From assembly GCA_951406725.2 (NCBI GenBank), contig OX597841.1:21576001-21640000 (forward strand): 64,000 nt of DNA. Reading direction: 5' to 3'. The notes below the pieces were generated by a model that saw only the letters and a program-made list of their open reading frames with translations, made no database searches and had not been told where the DNA came from. This stretch comes from Octopus vulgaris (Eukaryota). Positions 24,108 to 37,942 of the stretch are shown piece after piece; position 1 is the stretch's first letter; the number at the start of each line of letters is the position of its first letter. Made by a program: the position numbers and the translations under genes.

Positions 24108-25342
24108 AAGAAAATGATTAATGATTTGTGATTGTGACTGTTGTAAGAAAATGATTAATGATTTGTGATTGTGACTGTTGTAAGAAAATGATTAATGATT
24201 TGTGATTGTGACTGTTGTAAGAAAATGATTAATGATTTGTGATTGTGACTGTTGTAAGAAAATGATTAATGATTTGTGATTGTTGTAAGAAAATGATTAA
24301 TGATTTGTGATTGTGACTGTTGTAAGAAAATGATTAATGATTTGTGATTGTGACTGTTGTAAGAAAATGATTAATGATTTGTGATTGTTGTAAGAAAATG
24401 ATTAATGATTTGTGATTGTGACTGTTGTAAGAAAATGATTAATGATTTGTGATTGTGACTGTTGTAAGAAAATGATTAATGATTTGTGATTGTGACTGTT
24501 GTAAGAAAATGATTAATGATTTGTGATTGTGACTGTTGTAAGAAAATGATTAATGATTTGTGATTGTTGTAAGAAAATGATTAATGATTTGTGATTGTGA
24601 CTGTTGTAAGAAAATGATTAATGATTTGTGATTGTGACTGTTGTAAGAAAATGATTAATGATTTGTGATTGTTAAGAAAATGATTAATGATTTGTGATTG
24701 TGACTGTTGTAAGAAAATGATTAATGATTTGTGATTGTGACTGTTGTAAGAAAATGATTAATGATTGTTGTAAGAAAATGATTAATGATTTGTGATTGTG
24801 ACTGTTGTAAGAAAATGATTAATGATTTGTGATTGTGACTGTTGTAAGAAAATGATTAATGATTGTTGTAAGAAAATGATTAATGATTTGTGATTGTGAC
24901 TGTTGTAAGAAAATGATTAATGATTTGTGATTGTGACTGTTGTAAGAAAATGATTAATGATTTGTGATTGTTTGTGATTGTGACTGTTGTAAGAAAATGA
25001 TTAATGATTTGTGATTGTGACTGTTGTAAGAAAATGAATAATGATTTGTGATTGTGACTGTTGTAAGAAAATGATTAATGATTTGTGATTGTGACTGTTG
25101 TAAGAAAATGATTAATGATTTGTGATTGTGACTGTTGTAAGAAAATGATTAATGATTTGTGATTGTGACTGTTGTAAGAAAATGAATAATGATTTGTGAT
25201 TGTGACTGTTGTAAGAAAATGATTAATGATTTGTGATTGTTGTAAGAAAATGATTAATGATTTGTGATTGTGACTGTTGTAAGAAAATGATTAATGATTT
25301 GTGATTGTGACTGTTGTAAGAAAATGATTAATGATTTGTGAT
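24108..25342. repeat. 37-bp minisatellite, >30 copies
   Basis: aagaaaatgattaatgatttgtgattgtgactgttgt, with recurrent short-deletion variants. Confidence 0.97.
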
Positions 25343-26115
25343 CAAAAGAACTTCAGATAAGTTTATTCTGGCTTTTATTCAGACACAGTCTACCTAAGAC
25401 TATATCATCTTGTTGTTTAGCCCAAGGTCATTCCTCATCCAGCAGACCTGATCAAAGACGTTCCAGCTGTGACCATCATGCTTTTCATTCAGACAGTGTA
25501 TCTAGGACCACATTATCTAAAGTATACTTCTTTCTTGTTGTTTAGCCCCAGGTCGGTCCTGATCCACTACACCTATGATCAAAAGCATTTCAGCTGAGAC
25601 CATCTTGTCATTATTCCAGCATAGTGTACCTAGGACTACACTAATGTGCCCCACCACCACCACCACCACCACCACCACCATCACATTTAAAAAAAATTTT
25701 AGTTGGTTTTCCTTCTTTTTAGCTGGCTGAGTGACCCCAGAAGAGTGTCAGTTTCCATAGGATACGCAGTGTGTGAGTGTGTGTATGTGCATACGTGAGT
25801 GTTTGTGTGTATGTGTATATGTGTGTGTGCACAGGTGTGTACCTTTGCTGTGATATCACATAATGGTTGCAAATGAACATCAGCATCACACAAGTGATGT
25901 TGTTTGTATCTTGTCTTCTGTGTTTGGTGATGAGGAGAAACATTCTGTTGCTTGGAAACAGATGACGGTTGGCAACAGGTAGGGTCTCTGGCTGTAGAAA
26001 ATCTGCCTCACCAAATTCCACCTGACCTATTCAAGCATGGAAAATGGATGTTGACCACAAGTGTACCATTGGTGATTTTTTCCTCCGTCTTCCCTTGGAT
26101 CTTTCCATTTCTTAT

Positions 26116-26152
26116 ATTTCTGATGAAGAGTGCTCTGCTCGAAATGTTAAAT
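26116..26152 (+). ncRNA. Minimal hammerhead motif in a PLE-like terminus (~26065-26245)
   Basis: attt-CTGATGA-a-gag..ctc-GAAA-tg-TT-aaat. The downstream ttcctgagcgtccaataatactat...ggattaact(ta)n is homologous to 39341-39440. Confidence 0.72.
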
Positions 26153-26494
26153 CCTTCTCCTTTCTTTCCTTTCCTGAGCGTCCAATAATACTATACTTGT
26201 TCCACGTTTTCTCTTTGTGTTTTCATGTTTGGATTAACTTTATATACATACATACATACAAGGAGGGGCTGAAAAGTTCCAGGCTTTAAGGGTATCATGG
26301 AAGGGTAGCGCTGTTACCTTTACAGGGGAGGTAGGACAACTATTAAGAAGATATGCAAAAAAACTATTAAGGAGAAGATATGACAGTAAGTGAGGTTTGG
26401 TGACAGGGAAGGCATCCAGCTGTAGAAAATCTTTCCATGCAAGCATGGAATATTGAACATAAAAACAATGACGACAAAGACTAAATGTACTCAC

Positions 26495-26586
26495 TGTTTT
26501 GTTACCGAGACCCCGTTTCTGTGTGCACTTTCAAACAGTTGATTTATCTTTGCCTCGTCACTGTCAAAGTGGCTTTGGTAGAATTT
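26495..26586 (-). CDS. GUCD1: GUCD1 exon 5
   Basis: tctctaatttacag|KFYQSHFDSDEAKINQLFESAHRNGVSVTK(Q)|gtgagt. 92 nt; matches FY--HF--E--RVN-LF. Confidence 0.95.
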
Positions 26587-27579
26587 CTGTAAATTAGAGA
26601 AGGAACCGATAAACCTTTTTGATACCAGAAATCAAAATCGAAATCGATCGACATCAATGGAAATTGCAGCTGTGATACCAGTGCCAGTGGCACGTAAGCG
26701 AACCATCCGAACATGGCCGTTGCCAGCGCCACTCCGACGGGCCTCCGTGCCGGTGGCACGTAAAAAGTACCATCCGATCGTGGTCGTTTGCCAGCCTCGT
26801 CTGGCACCAGTGCCAGTGGCACGTAAAAAGTACCATCCAACCGTGGCCGTTTGCCAGCCTCGCCTGGCCCCATGCCGGTGGCACGTAAAAAGTACCATCC
26901 GACCGTGGCCGTTTGCCAGCCCCGTCTGCCCCCTGTGCCAGTGGCACGTAAAAAGCACCCACTACACTCATGGAGTGGTTGGCATTAGGAAGGGCATCCA
27001 GCCGTAGAAACACTGCCAAATCAGATTGGAGCCAGGTGCAGCCTTCTGGCTTCCCAGACCCCAGTTGAACCGTCCAACCCATGCTAGCATGGAAAGCGGA
27101 CGCTAAACGATGATGATGATGATGATGATGATTTCGACTGAAATTAATTATCTTCATTCCGATTAATATATAATCCTCATACTTGTGAACACAAACTTTA
27201 GCAAGGTTACCGCTGTCACCCTTGCCACCAACCACTTCCTTTCAGCCAATTCAACATGTGAAACCATTCATCCAGGCATATTTCTTTTCCTCCCTCTGTC
27301 CCCCCCACCCTGATTCCTCTCTGTTGAAAATGTATCAATAGGTGCAGGAGTGGCTATAGTGATTTACTGAACGCTATGTAAATTTCATTTAATCAAGATA
27401 TCCTTGGCCTGAAGAGTAGCCTCCATTCCTCAACTCTTGTATACACACACACACACACACGTATTTACTTTGCTTTCAAATGGGTGAGGGTTGGCGACAG
27501 TAAGTGCCACTAGCCATGGAAGATCTGCCTCAAATATGCACAGCCTGACCCATGCAAGCATGGAAAAGTGGACATCAAT

Positions 27580-27895
27580 CGATGATGATGATGATGGTGG
27601 TAGTGATGATGATGACAATTATGATGATGATAATGATGACAATGATGATGACGATGCTGATGGTAATGATGAGAAAGATAATTATAAAGATGATGACAGT
27701 GATGATGATGATGATGATGGTAATGATGATGATGGTAATGATGACGATGATGGTGATGATGCTGCTGGTGATCCTAATGATGATGGTGATGATGCTGATG
27801 GTAATGATGAGAAAGATAATTATAAAGATGATGACAGTGATGATGACGATGATGGTGATGATGACGATGGTGATCCTAATAATGATGGTGATAAG
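27580..27895. repeat. Degenerate (GAT)n tract with internal duplication
   Basis: Extended GAT tail of a SINE-like element, intronic. Source of the poly-D/poly-M ORFs. Confidence 0.9.
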
Positions 27896-27909
27896 TTCAG
27901 GGTCCTTAC

Positions 27910-28009
27910 CTGTTCAGCATAATTTTTATCTGCCCCCAAGGTGACCGTGAAGAATTTCGTGACCACCCCATGGTACTTCAGCAGGTAGGCAAGATGGATT
28001 GTCCAGACA
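27910..28009 (-). CDS. GUCD1: GUCD1 exon 4
   Basis: ttctatttcag|(S)VWTIHLAYLLKYHGVVTKFFTVTLGADKNYAEQ|gtaagg. 100 nt; matches SIWTIDLAYL...T-TLG. Confidence 0.96.
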
Positions 28010-28389
28010 CTGAAATAGAAAGAGGCTGGCCTATAGTGAAGTAGTTATTATTGTTGTTGTTGTTGTTGTAGTACAGCCCCAGGTTAGTGTCCATTCCTGA
28101 TGTGACCATCACTTTATTTTATTCAGAAATTACATTCTTAAGACAACATTATCTGATGTGTCCTTCCTTATTACTGTTGCCTAGCTACCAATACCTATTT
28201 TTTTATTACCCACAAGGGGTTAAACATAGAAGGGACAAAGACAGACATAGGTATTAAGTCAATTACATCGACCCCAGTGCGTAACTGGTACTTAATTTAT
28301 TGACCCCGAAAGGATGAAAGGCAAAGTCGACCTCGGTGGAATTTGAACTCACAACGTAACGACAGACGAAATATAGCTACCAATACCGG

Positions 28390-30210
28390 ACCTACGAGCC
28401 AATGAGGGAGACCTCTACATGGTAGTTAGACCTGGTAGAAAAAACAGTCAAATATCCCTCAAATCACACCTTGCTTATGTATGTATAAACCAATGAGGCA
28501 GACCTCTGTATGGTAACTAGACTGGGAGAAACAGCAGCCAAATCTCACTCAAATCAAGCCCTACCGTCTTATGCCTATTTGTATGAGCGAATCAGTGGGA
28601 CCTCTACATGGTAGCTAACTTGGTAGAAATCACAGCCAGATCATAACCTACAATCTTATGTATGAGCCAATGATGGAGACCTCTACATGGTAGCTAAATC
28701 TGGCAGAAATAACAGCCAAATCTCCCTCAAATCACATCCTATTATTTTTTGTATGAGCCAATGGGGGAGACCTTTACATGGTAGCTAGACATGATAGAAA
28801 TAACAACAAAATCTCCCTCAAATCATAGCTCACTATCTCATGTCTTATGTATGAGCCAATGAGGGAGACCTTTACATGATAACTAGACCTGGTAGAAATA
28901 GCAACCAAATCTCCCTCACATCACATCTTAGTGTCTTAATGTCTATATGTGAGCCAATCAGGGAGACCTCTAGATGGTAGTTAACATGGTAGAAATCACA
29001 GCCAAATCTCCCTCAAATTTCTACTATCTTATGTATGAGCCAATGATGGAAACCCCTACATTGTAGCTAGATCTGGTAGAAATCACAGCCAAATCTCTCT
29101 CAAATTTCTACTATCTTATGTATGAGCCAATGATGGAAACCTCTACATCGTAGCTAGATCTGGTAGAAATAACAGCCAAATCTTCCTCAAATCACAACCT
29201 ACTGTTTTATGTATGCATGTGTCAATGAGCAAGACCTCTCTATGATAGCTAGCCTTGTTAGAAATAGCAGCCAAATATCCCTTAAATCACAACCTATGTA
29301 TATATGCATTAGTCAACAAAGACCCCTACATAGTAACTAGACTTGTTAGAAATACCAGTCAAATGTCTCATGTCTATATGCATGAGCCAATGAAGCAGAC
29401 CACTATATGGTAGCTAACTTGGTAGAAACAACAGCCAAAGCTCCCTATACACTGCAAGTATATGTATTTATGTATGAGCCAATGATGGAGACCTCTACAT
29501 GGTAGCTAAATCTGGCAGAAATAACAGCCAAATCTCCCTCAAATTACATCCTATTATCTTGTGTATGAGCCACTGAGGCAGACCTCTGCATGGTAGCTAA
29601 CTTGGTAGAAATAACAACCAAATCTCCCTCAAATCACAACCTACTGTTTTATTAGGTATGAGCCAATGAGGGAGATCTCTACATGATAACTAGACCTGGT
29701 AGAAATAGCAACCAAATCTCCCTCACATCACATCTTAGTGTCTTAATGTCTATAAGTGAGCCAATCAGGGAGACCTCTAGATGGTAGAAATCACAGCCAA
29801 ATCTCTCTCAAATTTCTACTACCGTATGTATGAGCCAATGATGGAAACCTCTACATCGTAGCTAGATCTGAGTTAAATCTTGAGTTAAATGGAATGTTAA
29901 ATAACTCACTGGGGTCCTATAAAATATAACGTTCTGTGGTTTACCAAATGAAGGCCTGGCCCTTTCCCAAGCTGAAGGCTGTGGAACTGTCACTCACCTC
30001 TGTCCACATTGTAGCTGTTCTAGGTCCGTATTGTAGATGGTGCTGTCGTCTTTGCCCAGGTACCTGCACAAAGAGAATTAGAAAGTTGTTAGTAGCTAGA
30101 TCTGGTAGAAATCACAGCCAAATCTCTCTCAAATTTCTACTACCGTATGTATGAGCCAATGATGGAAACCCCTACATTGTAGCTAGATCTGGTAGAAATA
30201 GTAGCCAATG
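28390..30210 (+). repeat. ~85-bp degenerate satellite array surrounding GUCD1 exon 3
   Basis: gtatgagccaatgagggagacctctacatggtagctagacctggtagaaataacagccaaatctccctcaaatcac, ~17 copies (28390-29870), plus more at 30092-30210. Confidence 0.9.
29998..30063 (-). CDS. GUCD1: GUCD1 exon 3
   Basis: ctctttgtgcag|(R)YLGKDDSTIYNTDLEQLQCGQ(S)|gtgagt. 66 nt, phase 2-2. Confidence 0.93.
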
Positions 30211-30640
30211 GTTGAGATGATGAGATGGTTGAGATGATGAGATGATGGGAGTGGTTGAGATGATGGGAGTGGTTGAGATGTTGAAATGATGAGATGATGG
30301 GAGTGGTTGAGATGATGGGAGTGGTTGAGATGATGGGAGTGGTTGAGATGATGGGAGTGGTTGAGATGATGGGAGTGGTTGAGATGATGGGAGTGGTTGA
30401 GATGATGGGAGTGGTTGAGATGATGGGAGTGGTTGAGATGATGGGAGTGGTTGAGATAATGGGAGTGGTTAAGATGATGGGAGTGGTTGAGATGATGGGA
30501 GTGGTTGAGATGATGGGAGTGGTTGAGATGATGGGAGTGGTCAAGATGTTGAGAAAGCTTGAGATGATTGGAGTGGTTGAGATGATGGGAGTGGTTAAGA
30601 TGTTAAGATGATGGGAGGGTGATGGTTTCAGAGGTTGAGA
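30210..30640. repeat. 18-bp minisatellite (gagatgatgggagtggtt)n
   Basis: ~20 copies; gives the STTPII/MMGVVE pseudo-ORFs. Confidence 0.95.
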
Positions 30641-31566
30641 TCATGGTAATGGGCAGTAGTGATATTGGTGGAGGTCATAATCCAACATCCGTTTTGCATG
30701 CGGGCATGGGTTAAACACTTTGACCAGGGTCGGTCGGTCAGAGAGGGCAGCACCAGGCTCCAGTCGCCTGTTGTCGTTTGGTCTCAACAGTCGGATGCCT
30801 TTCCCAATGCCAACCACCTCCCAATGGAGTGGACTGGGTGCCTTTTATGTGCCACCAGCAGTGGCCACATGCCACTGGCACTGGCCAGCTGCCTGGTTGA
30901 GTGGTTAGGGGATTTACCTCACAATCATAAAGTCGTGAGTTCAATTCCCAGTGGCACATTGTGTTCTTCAACAAGGTACTTTACTCTTTGCTCCAGTCCA
31001 TTCATCTGGCAAAAGCAAGGAGTGCTTGGATTTCAAAGGGGCCAGCCTTGTCACATTCTGTGGTACACTGAATCACCCTGAGAACTACATTAAGGGTATG
31101 CATGTCTGTGGAGTACCCAGCCACTTTCACTTCAGGTTCACGAGTAGGCTCTTCCTTAGATCGGATCCACTGGAACACTCATTGTTGTAATCAAGGGAGT
31201 ACCAGGTGTGGCTGGGTGGTAAGATGCTTGCTTCCCAACCACATGGTTCCGGGTTCAGTTCTTCTGCATGGAACTTGGGCAAGTATCTTCTCTTATAACC
31301 TTAGGCCAACCAAAGCCTTGTGAGTGAATTTGGTACACAGAAACTGAAAGAAGACTGGCAAATATTTATATATATGTTTGTGTCCTTGTAACTCAGTGGT
31401 TCAGCAAAAGAGACCGATAGAATAATTACTAGGCTTACAAAGAATAAGTCGGTTGTCAAGCAATGCTAGGGGAACAAACACAGACACACAAACACATACA
31501 CACACACATATATATATATATACATATATACAACAGGCTTCTTTCAGTTTCCGTCTACCAAATATA

Positions 31567-32067
31567 CTGGATATAGTTTAAGCCTTTAACATTTACACTG
31601 GCTCTGTCTGGCCCATACTTGAAATCTTCAAAGCCACAGTCGAACCAATTCTACTATATGGCTCAGAAACCTGGACGTTATCAAAGAAGCTTGAGAGGCG
31701 GTTGGATGGAACCTACACTCGCCTCCTGATGAGAGCTCAAAATCTCTCGTGGAAGCGTCATCCAACCAAAATGCAAATATATGGGAAACTACCACCTGTG
31801 TCATCTCTTGTGAAAGGTAGGAGAGTCCAGTTTGCTGGACATTGTTGCAGAGCTGAAAAAGAGGTAATTTCTACTCTTCTCCTATGGAAAACATCTGCTC
31901 GTGATACCAGAGGGCGCACACTCTCCTACCCTGATGTAATCTCCAGGGATACAGGCATCCAGCAACAGGACCTCTGTAATGCTATAGTGGACCGTGAAGT
32001 CTGGCGTAACATGGTAAATTCCATTGTCTCGACCACGGTCGAACAATGATGATGATATATGTATATA

Positions 32068-32099
<32 letters not shown>

Positions 32100-32373
32100 C
32101 ATACATACATACATATCATCTCTTGTGAAAGGTAGGAGAGTCCAGTTTGCTGGACATTGTTGTAGAGCTGAAAACAAGGTAATTTCTACTCTTCTCCTCT
32201 GGAAGCCATCTACTCCCGATACCAGAGGGTGCACACTCTCCTACCCTGATGTAATCTCCATGGATACAGGCATCCAGCAACAGGACCTCCGTAATGCCAT
32301 GATGGACCGTGAAGTCTGGCGTAGCATGGTAAATTCCATTGTCTCGACCACGGTCGAACAATGATGATGATGT

Positions 32374-32409
<36 letters not shown>

Positions 32410-32845
32410 CATACATACATATCATCTCTTGTGAAAGGTAGGAGAGTCTAGTTTGCTGGACATTGTTGTAGAGCTGAAAACAAGGTAATTTCTACTCTTC
32501 TCCTCTGGAAGCCATCTACTCGCAATACCAGAGGGCGCACTCTCTCCTACCCTGATGTAATCTCCAGGGATACAGGCATCCAGCAACAGGACCTCCGTAA
32601 TGCCATGATGGACCGTGAAGTCTGGCGTAGCATGGTAAATTCCATTGTCTCGATCACGGTCGAACAATGATGATGATATATATATATATATATATACATA
32701 CATACATACATATCTCCTGTGAAAGGTAGAAGAGTCCAGTTTGCTGGACATTGTTGTAGAGCTGAAAACGAGGTAATTTCTACTCTTCTCCTCTGGAAGC
32801 CATCTACTCGCAATACCAGAGGGCGAACAATGATGTTGATGATGA
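31567..32845 (+). mobile_element. RTE-clade LINE 3' end with three extra 3'-terminal units separated by (TA)n
   Basis: PILLYGSETWTLSKKLERRLDGTYTRLLMRAQNLSWK...RRVQFAGHCCRA...AMMDREVWR, terminal hairpin tcgacc-ac-ggtcga and (tga)n tail. Duplicate at 40290-41260 (three units); another copy at ~61050-61715. Confidence 0.92.
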
Positions 32846-32998
32846 TACACAGCTGTTCTTCACTTTCAACAAAGTCATTATTCACTTGAGTCATTAGTCA
32901 CCCTGAAGGATGACTAGATGGTCCTTGTCGCTCCAACGGACGGATGGACACATGTGGCAACAACAACAATTATAGCAACCGCTGCTACTACTACTTAC

Positions 32999-33083
32999 CG
33001 AAGTACCATAGAACAACAGGCGAGTCCACAGTCCCAGCTGTACTTCTGTGATTGGAATGGTATTGGGATGGAAAGCGAGGCAG
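32999..33083 (-). CDS. GUCD1: GUCD1 exon 2 (intact copy)
   Basis: ttttctattgcag|(A)ASLSIPIPFQSQKYSWDCGLACCSMVL(R)|gtaagt. 85 nt, phase 1-2; carries the Q-x-x-x-WDCGLAC motif. Confidence 0.96.
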
Positions 33084-33137
33084 CTGCAATAGAAAACAGT
33101 ATCATCATCATCATCATTACCACCATCGTAACGGTCA

Positions 33138-33353
33138 CTCTTTACTCTCTTTTACTTGTTTCAGTCATTTGACTGCGGCCATGCTGGAGCACCGCCTTTA
33201 ATCGAGCAACTCGACCCCGGGACTTATTCTTTTTGTAAGCCCAGCACTTATTCTATCGGTCTCTTTTGCCGAACTGTTAAGTGACAGGGACATAAACACA
33301 CCAGCATCGGTTGTCAAGCAATGCTAGGGGGACAAACACAGACACACACAAGC

Positions 33354-33390
<37 letters not shown>

Positions 33391-34339
33391 TACGACAGGC
33401 TTCTTTCAGTTTCTGTCTACCAAATCCACTCACAAGGCATTGGTCGGCCCGGGGCTATACTAGAAGACACTTGCCCAAGTTGCCACACAGTGGGACTGAA
33501 CCCGGAACCATGTGGTTGGTTAGCAAGTTACTTACCACACAGCCACTCCTACGCTTAAGATGGTTAATAATTTTCTGGGTGTCTGCCAAGTCAGCCGCCA
33601 GACGTCGGAGTTTCAATGTGTCCATGCCCAGGGAAGTAAGGCATTCAGAATATGGCAAAAGCCTGATGGAGGGTATTCTGAGAGGGGGTCCTTTTGTTGC
33701 CAACAGCTTTCTGAGTTTTCTCCATCCTATAAGCTTATTCTAGCTACAATACTTTCAGAACATCCTTAACTACTGCTACTGTGTGTGTGTGTGTGTGCAC
33801 GCCTTCGTATGTCATACACAGCAAGTGATAGAAACCGGTGTTGGTTTGTTTACAGCCCATAGTGGTTCGGTAAAAGAGGTTGATGAAATAACTATAAGAC
33901 GATGGAGGGTGGGAGAAAGGGAGGGACAAAAAAACAAAAACCTCGGAGTGGCTGTGTGGTAAGTAGCTTGCTAACCAACCACATGGTTCCGGGTTCAGTC
34001 CACTGCGTGGCATCTTGGGCAAGTGTCTTCTGCTATAGCCCCGGGCCGACCAATGCCTTGTGAGTGGATTTGGTAGACAGAAACTGAAAGAAGCCTGTCG
34101 TATATATGTATATATATGTATATGTATGTGTGTGTGTATGTGTTTGTGGGTCTGTGTTTGTCCCCCTAGCATTGCTTGACAACCGATGCTGGTGTGTTTA
34201 CGTCCTCGTCACATAGCGGTTCGGCAAAAGAGAGACCGATAGAATAAGTACTGGGCTTACAAAAAGAATAAGTCCCGGGGTCGATTTGCTCGACTAAAGG
34301 CGGTGCTCCAGCATGGCCGCAGTCAAATGACTGAAACAT

Positions 34340-34345
<6 letters not shown>
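33138..34345. mobile_element. Two oppositely oriented SINE A copies (33138-33553 minus; 33945-34345 plus) around a CR1 fragment
   Basis: Full SINE A sequences. The intervening minus-strand peptide RIPSIRLLPYSECLTSLGMDTLKLRRLAADL is CR1-like. Confidence 0.88.
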
Positions 34346-34413
<68 letters not shown>

Positions 34414-34898
34414 AAGTACTGTTGCTCAATTAAAATCGTACAATAAAATTCTGTGAGGCATTAAATATGGACGGAGACCAAAGTGAAACAGGATGTTACC
34501 TGACTTTTGGCGCCAACTACAATTTTTTTTACTTATTTCTTTAATATTTATAATTAAAAGAACCGTCTCGAATTAATGAAACGGCGAAAATAAATACATA
34601 AGTCCCGGGGTCGAGTTGCTCAATTAAAGGCGGTGCTGCCAGGCATGGCCGCAGTCAAATGACTGAAACAAGTAAAAGAGTAAATGAAAACCTTTACCTT
34701 GTTATATAACGGTTATACCATGGTTTCCGAAATTTGCTATAAAATTGTGGTTTTGGGCCGCGTTGGCTGCTATTTCTAGCATGTAAAAATTACCTGTTAA
34801 AGGGTAATTTTCTATTTTGAAATAAAAATATGTAATCTATTGACTTTTTATACATGCTATTTTCCACCGGTGGTGATATTTATAACGAGTATTCGCTA

Positions 34899-34941
<43 letters not shown>

Positions 34942-35636
34942 GTTTTGTTTGTTTCAGCCACTGGACTGTGGCCATGCTACGGCACCGCCTTGACGGGTTT
35001 TATTCAAGCGAAGTGACCCCAGGACTTAATTACAAAACTGGTTGCTATTCCATCGGACTTTTACGCTGAACAGCTACATTAGGGAGACATAAACAACCCC
35101 AAAGATATACACAGGGACGATATGTTTCTTCCAATGTCCCTCTACGAAATCCACTCCACAGGATTTGATAGCCTATGGTTATAGAAAAAGACACACGCCC
35201 AGGGCGCCACGCAGTGGGATTGAACCCAGAACTTAGTGGTTGGAGTGTGTGTGTGTGTGTGTGTGTGTGTGTAGTACCACTTTAAGGGATAGGAAGGTTA
35301 TGCAGTTATCGAAGGCCCTGTTTATTTAAGGGGCACCTAGTGCTAATCTATATATGCAAAAATAAAAACCCCAAAAACACCTGGTATATTTTAAATGACT
35401 ATTGCAGCGAAGTCAGGTAAATGGTTTGCACCAATATATATTATGGGCTTATGGGTTTCCTGTTACAAGGCTTATCAAGAACGGGGAATGTGGAAGGGCT
35501 TTCGAGCACCCTGTACACACATACAAGCATGTGTGTGTGTGTGTAAATCGAGTCCTTAATTCAGGTAAAAATGCACTCTGTCAACAGAGTGGGTACACAT
35601 CCATCGAAATGTATAGAATACTGAACACTTCGGATA

Positions 35637-35683
<47 letters not shown>

Positions 35684-35858
35684 CAAATTGAGATAGGGGT
35701 TGTAAATGCAACCCTCCATGGGATAACATATATCCAATATACTGCCAGTGAAGCACTCCAACAAAGTTAATACATAAATGTTAAGGATTATGATGCAATT
35801 AATTCATTTACTGTATTACATGGGCAAAGGTAAAATGATTTACCACAAATTACTATCT

Positions 35859-35897
<39 letters not shown>

Positions 35898-36553
35898 GTG
35901 TAGGAGTAAATCCAAACTTACAGGGAAAAATTAGATTTAGGATTAAATCTAATTTTACAGTATAAATATATATATATTTATATATTAAATTAGAGATAAA
36001 ACCACTATTAGGCAAATCAAACAGTGAAAATCATAAACCAATACATAGAAATAAAATTAATTAATATAATATATATATCTATCTATCTATATAAACAAAA
36101 GGGTAATAATATAGATTACTACCAGTGGCTCAGCACACAAGACGAATTAGTCATTATTCTTTTTGTAAGCCCAGTACTTATTCTATCGGTCTCTTTTGCC
36201 GAACCGCTAGATAACGGGGACATAAACACACCAGCATCGGTTGTCAAGCGATGCTAGGGGGACAAACACACACACATATATATATATACGACAGGCTTCT
36301 TTCAGTTTCCGTCTACCAAATCCACTCACAAGGCGTTGGTCGGCCGGGGGCTATAGTAGAAGACACTTGCCCAAGGTGCCACGCAGTGGGACTGAACCCG
36401 GAACCATGTGGTTGGTAAGTCATATATCTATATATATCTATAGATATAGATATACACACAACAGTGTAGATCCATTCCGGTCCATTTTACCAGAGTCCTG
36501 CACACGAGTTAGAAGTTACCAACACAGAAGCATAGATATATATACAGGGACTA

Positions 36554-36596
<43 letters not shown>

Positions 36597-36860
36597 CATA
36601 CATACATACATACATAGAGGCACTAATCGTAAAAGTAGTACGAGACATCGAAATACGAAGAGACAGACAGACACACACACAGAATTATATATTCTAGGAT
36701 ATATATATAGTAGCAGACATTTTACGATTTGACGGGCGTCACTTCAGATTTCAACTAATCTAATTCTAAGTAATGTTTTCCCCCGACACACACAATGCGT
36801 GATCAATGTGTGTGAGCATATATATATATACTGTGGTTAACCCCGACTCAACCCGGGACC

Positions 36861-36904
<44 letters not shown>

Positions 36905-37130
36905 TACCTGTGTGAAAAAATCTGGGAGATTTTTCTTATAGTAGAAGAAATAGTTAAGATTTTTTGGCTGCTATTTCTAAAAAGTTTGGTGTGTGGTAAA
37001 GTAAATTATTTTACTGAACCCTAATTATATAACGTAATGTTTTAAATATACCGTAAACGGTCTTTTTACATACTGAACACTACTTGGTAAAATTAATTAA
37101 TAATTAATTAATTTTACCCTTTTATTATTG

Positions 37131-37165
<35 letters not shown>

Positions 37166-37268
37166 TAAGGGTAGAAATTGATTTGAGAACATAATCTTTG
37201 TGGAGAATGGCGATTTTATGTCTATATCTAGCATGTTGACTTCCACTTTTCGTGTTCAGTCCTTAATT

Positions 37269-37356
<88 letters not shown>

Positions 37357-37532
37357 TGTGTAGTATATATATCTATATATCTTTTACTGGAGTCAATTAT
37401 CGAACTGTGATAATTGGAACACTTGCTTGCTAAGGCCTTGCGATCTATTTCAGTGATCGATTCTACGTTACGTATATCGATCCACCGATCAATTTGATTC
37501 CCTCTCTCGTCTAAATACTATATTATATTTCT

Positions 37533-37601
<69 letters not shown>

Positions 37602-37602
<1 letters not shown>

Positions 37603-37835
37603 GTACTACTAGCGAACAGTGGTCCTGGTGCTCGCATCCGCGCTAGCTAGTCGTGAGTAGTCGATCCTACAACGACCACATAGCAAAGTGAATAAAACAC
37701 AAAAACACAAAGTAAACAATTTTTTAAACAAAGTAAATAACACAAAAACACAAAATAAAGATCGACTAGTCATGACTAGCTAGTTCGGATGCGCGACTGC
37801 GCGTGTGCACGCACCGGGACTGTTCGCTAGTAGTA

Positions 37836-37837
<2 letters not shown>
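37602..37837. mobile_element. MITE with ~30-bp TIRs and nested internal inverted repeats, in a TA tract (copy 2 at 46178-46416)
   Basis: ggtactactagcgaacagtggtcctggtgc ... gcaccgggac(cat)tgttcgctagtagtacc. Inner IR ctagctagtcgtga(c)tagtcgatc / gatcgactagtcatgactagctag. Confidence 0.85.
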
Positions 37838-37876
<39 letters not shown>

Positions 37877-37887
37877 TGCATATAGTA

Positions 37888-37942
<55 letters not shown>

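Noticed and set aside
24108-25342. 37-bp repeat as a CRISPR array
   Set aside because: Head-to-tail units with no unique spacers, in a eukaryotic intron.
27491-27944. Asp-rich (biomineralisation-like) protein
   Set aside because: An expanded (GAT)n retroelement tail, antisense within a GUCD1 intron.
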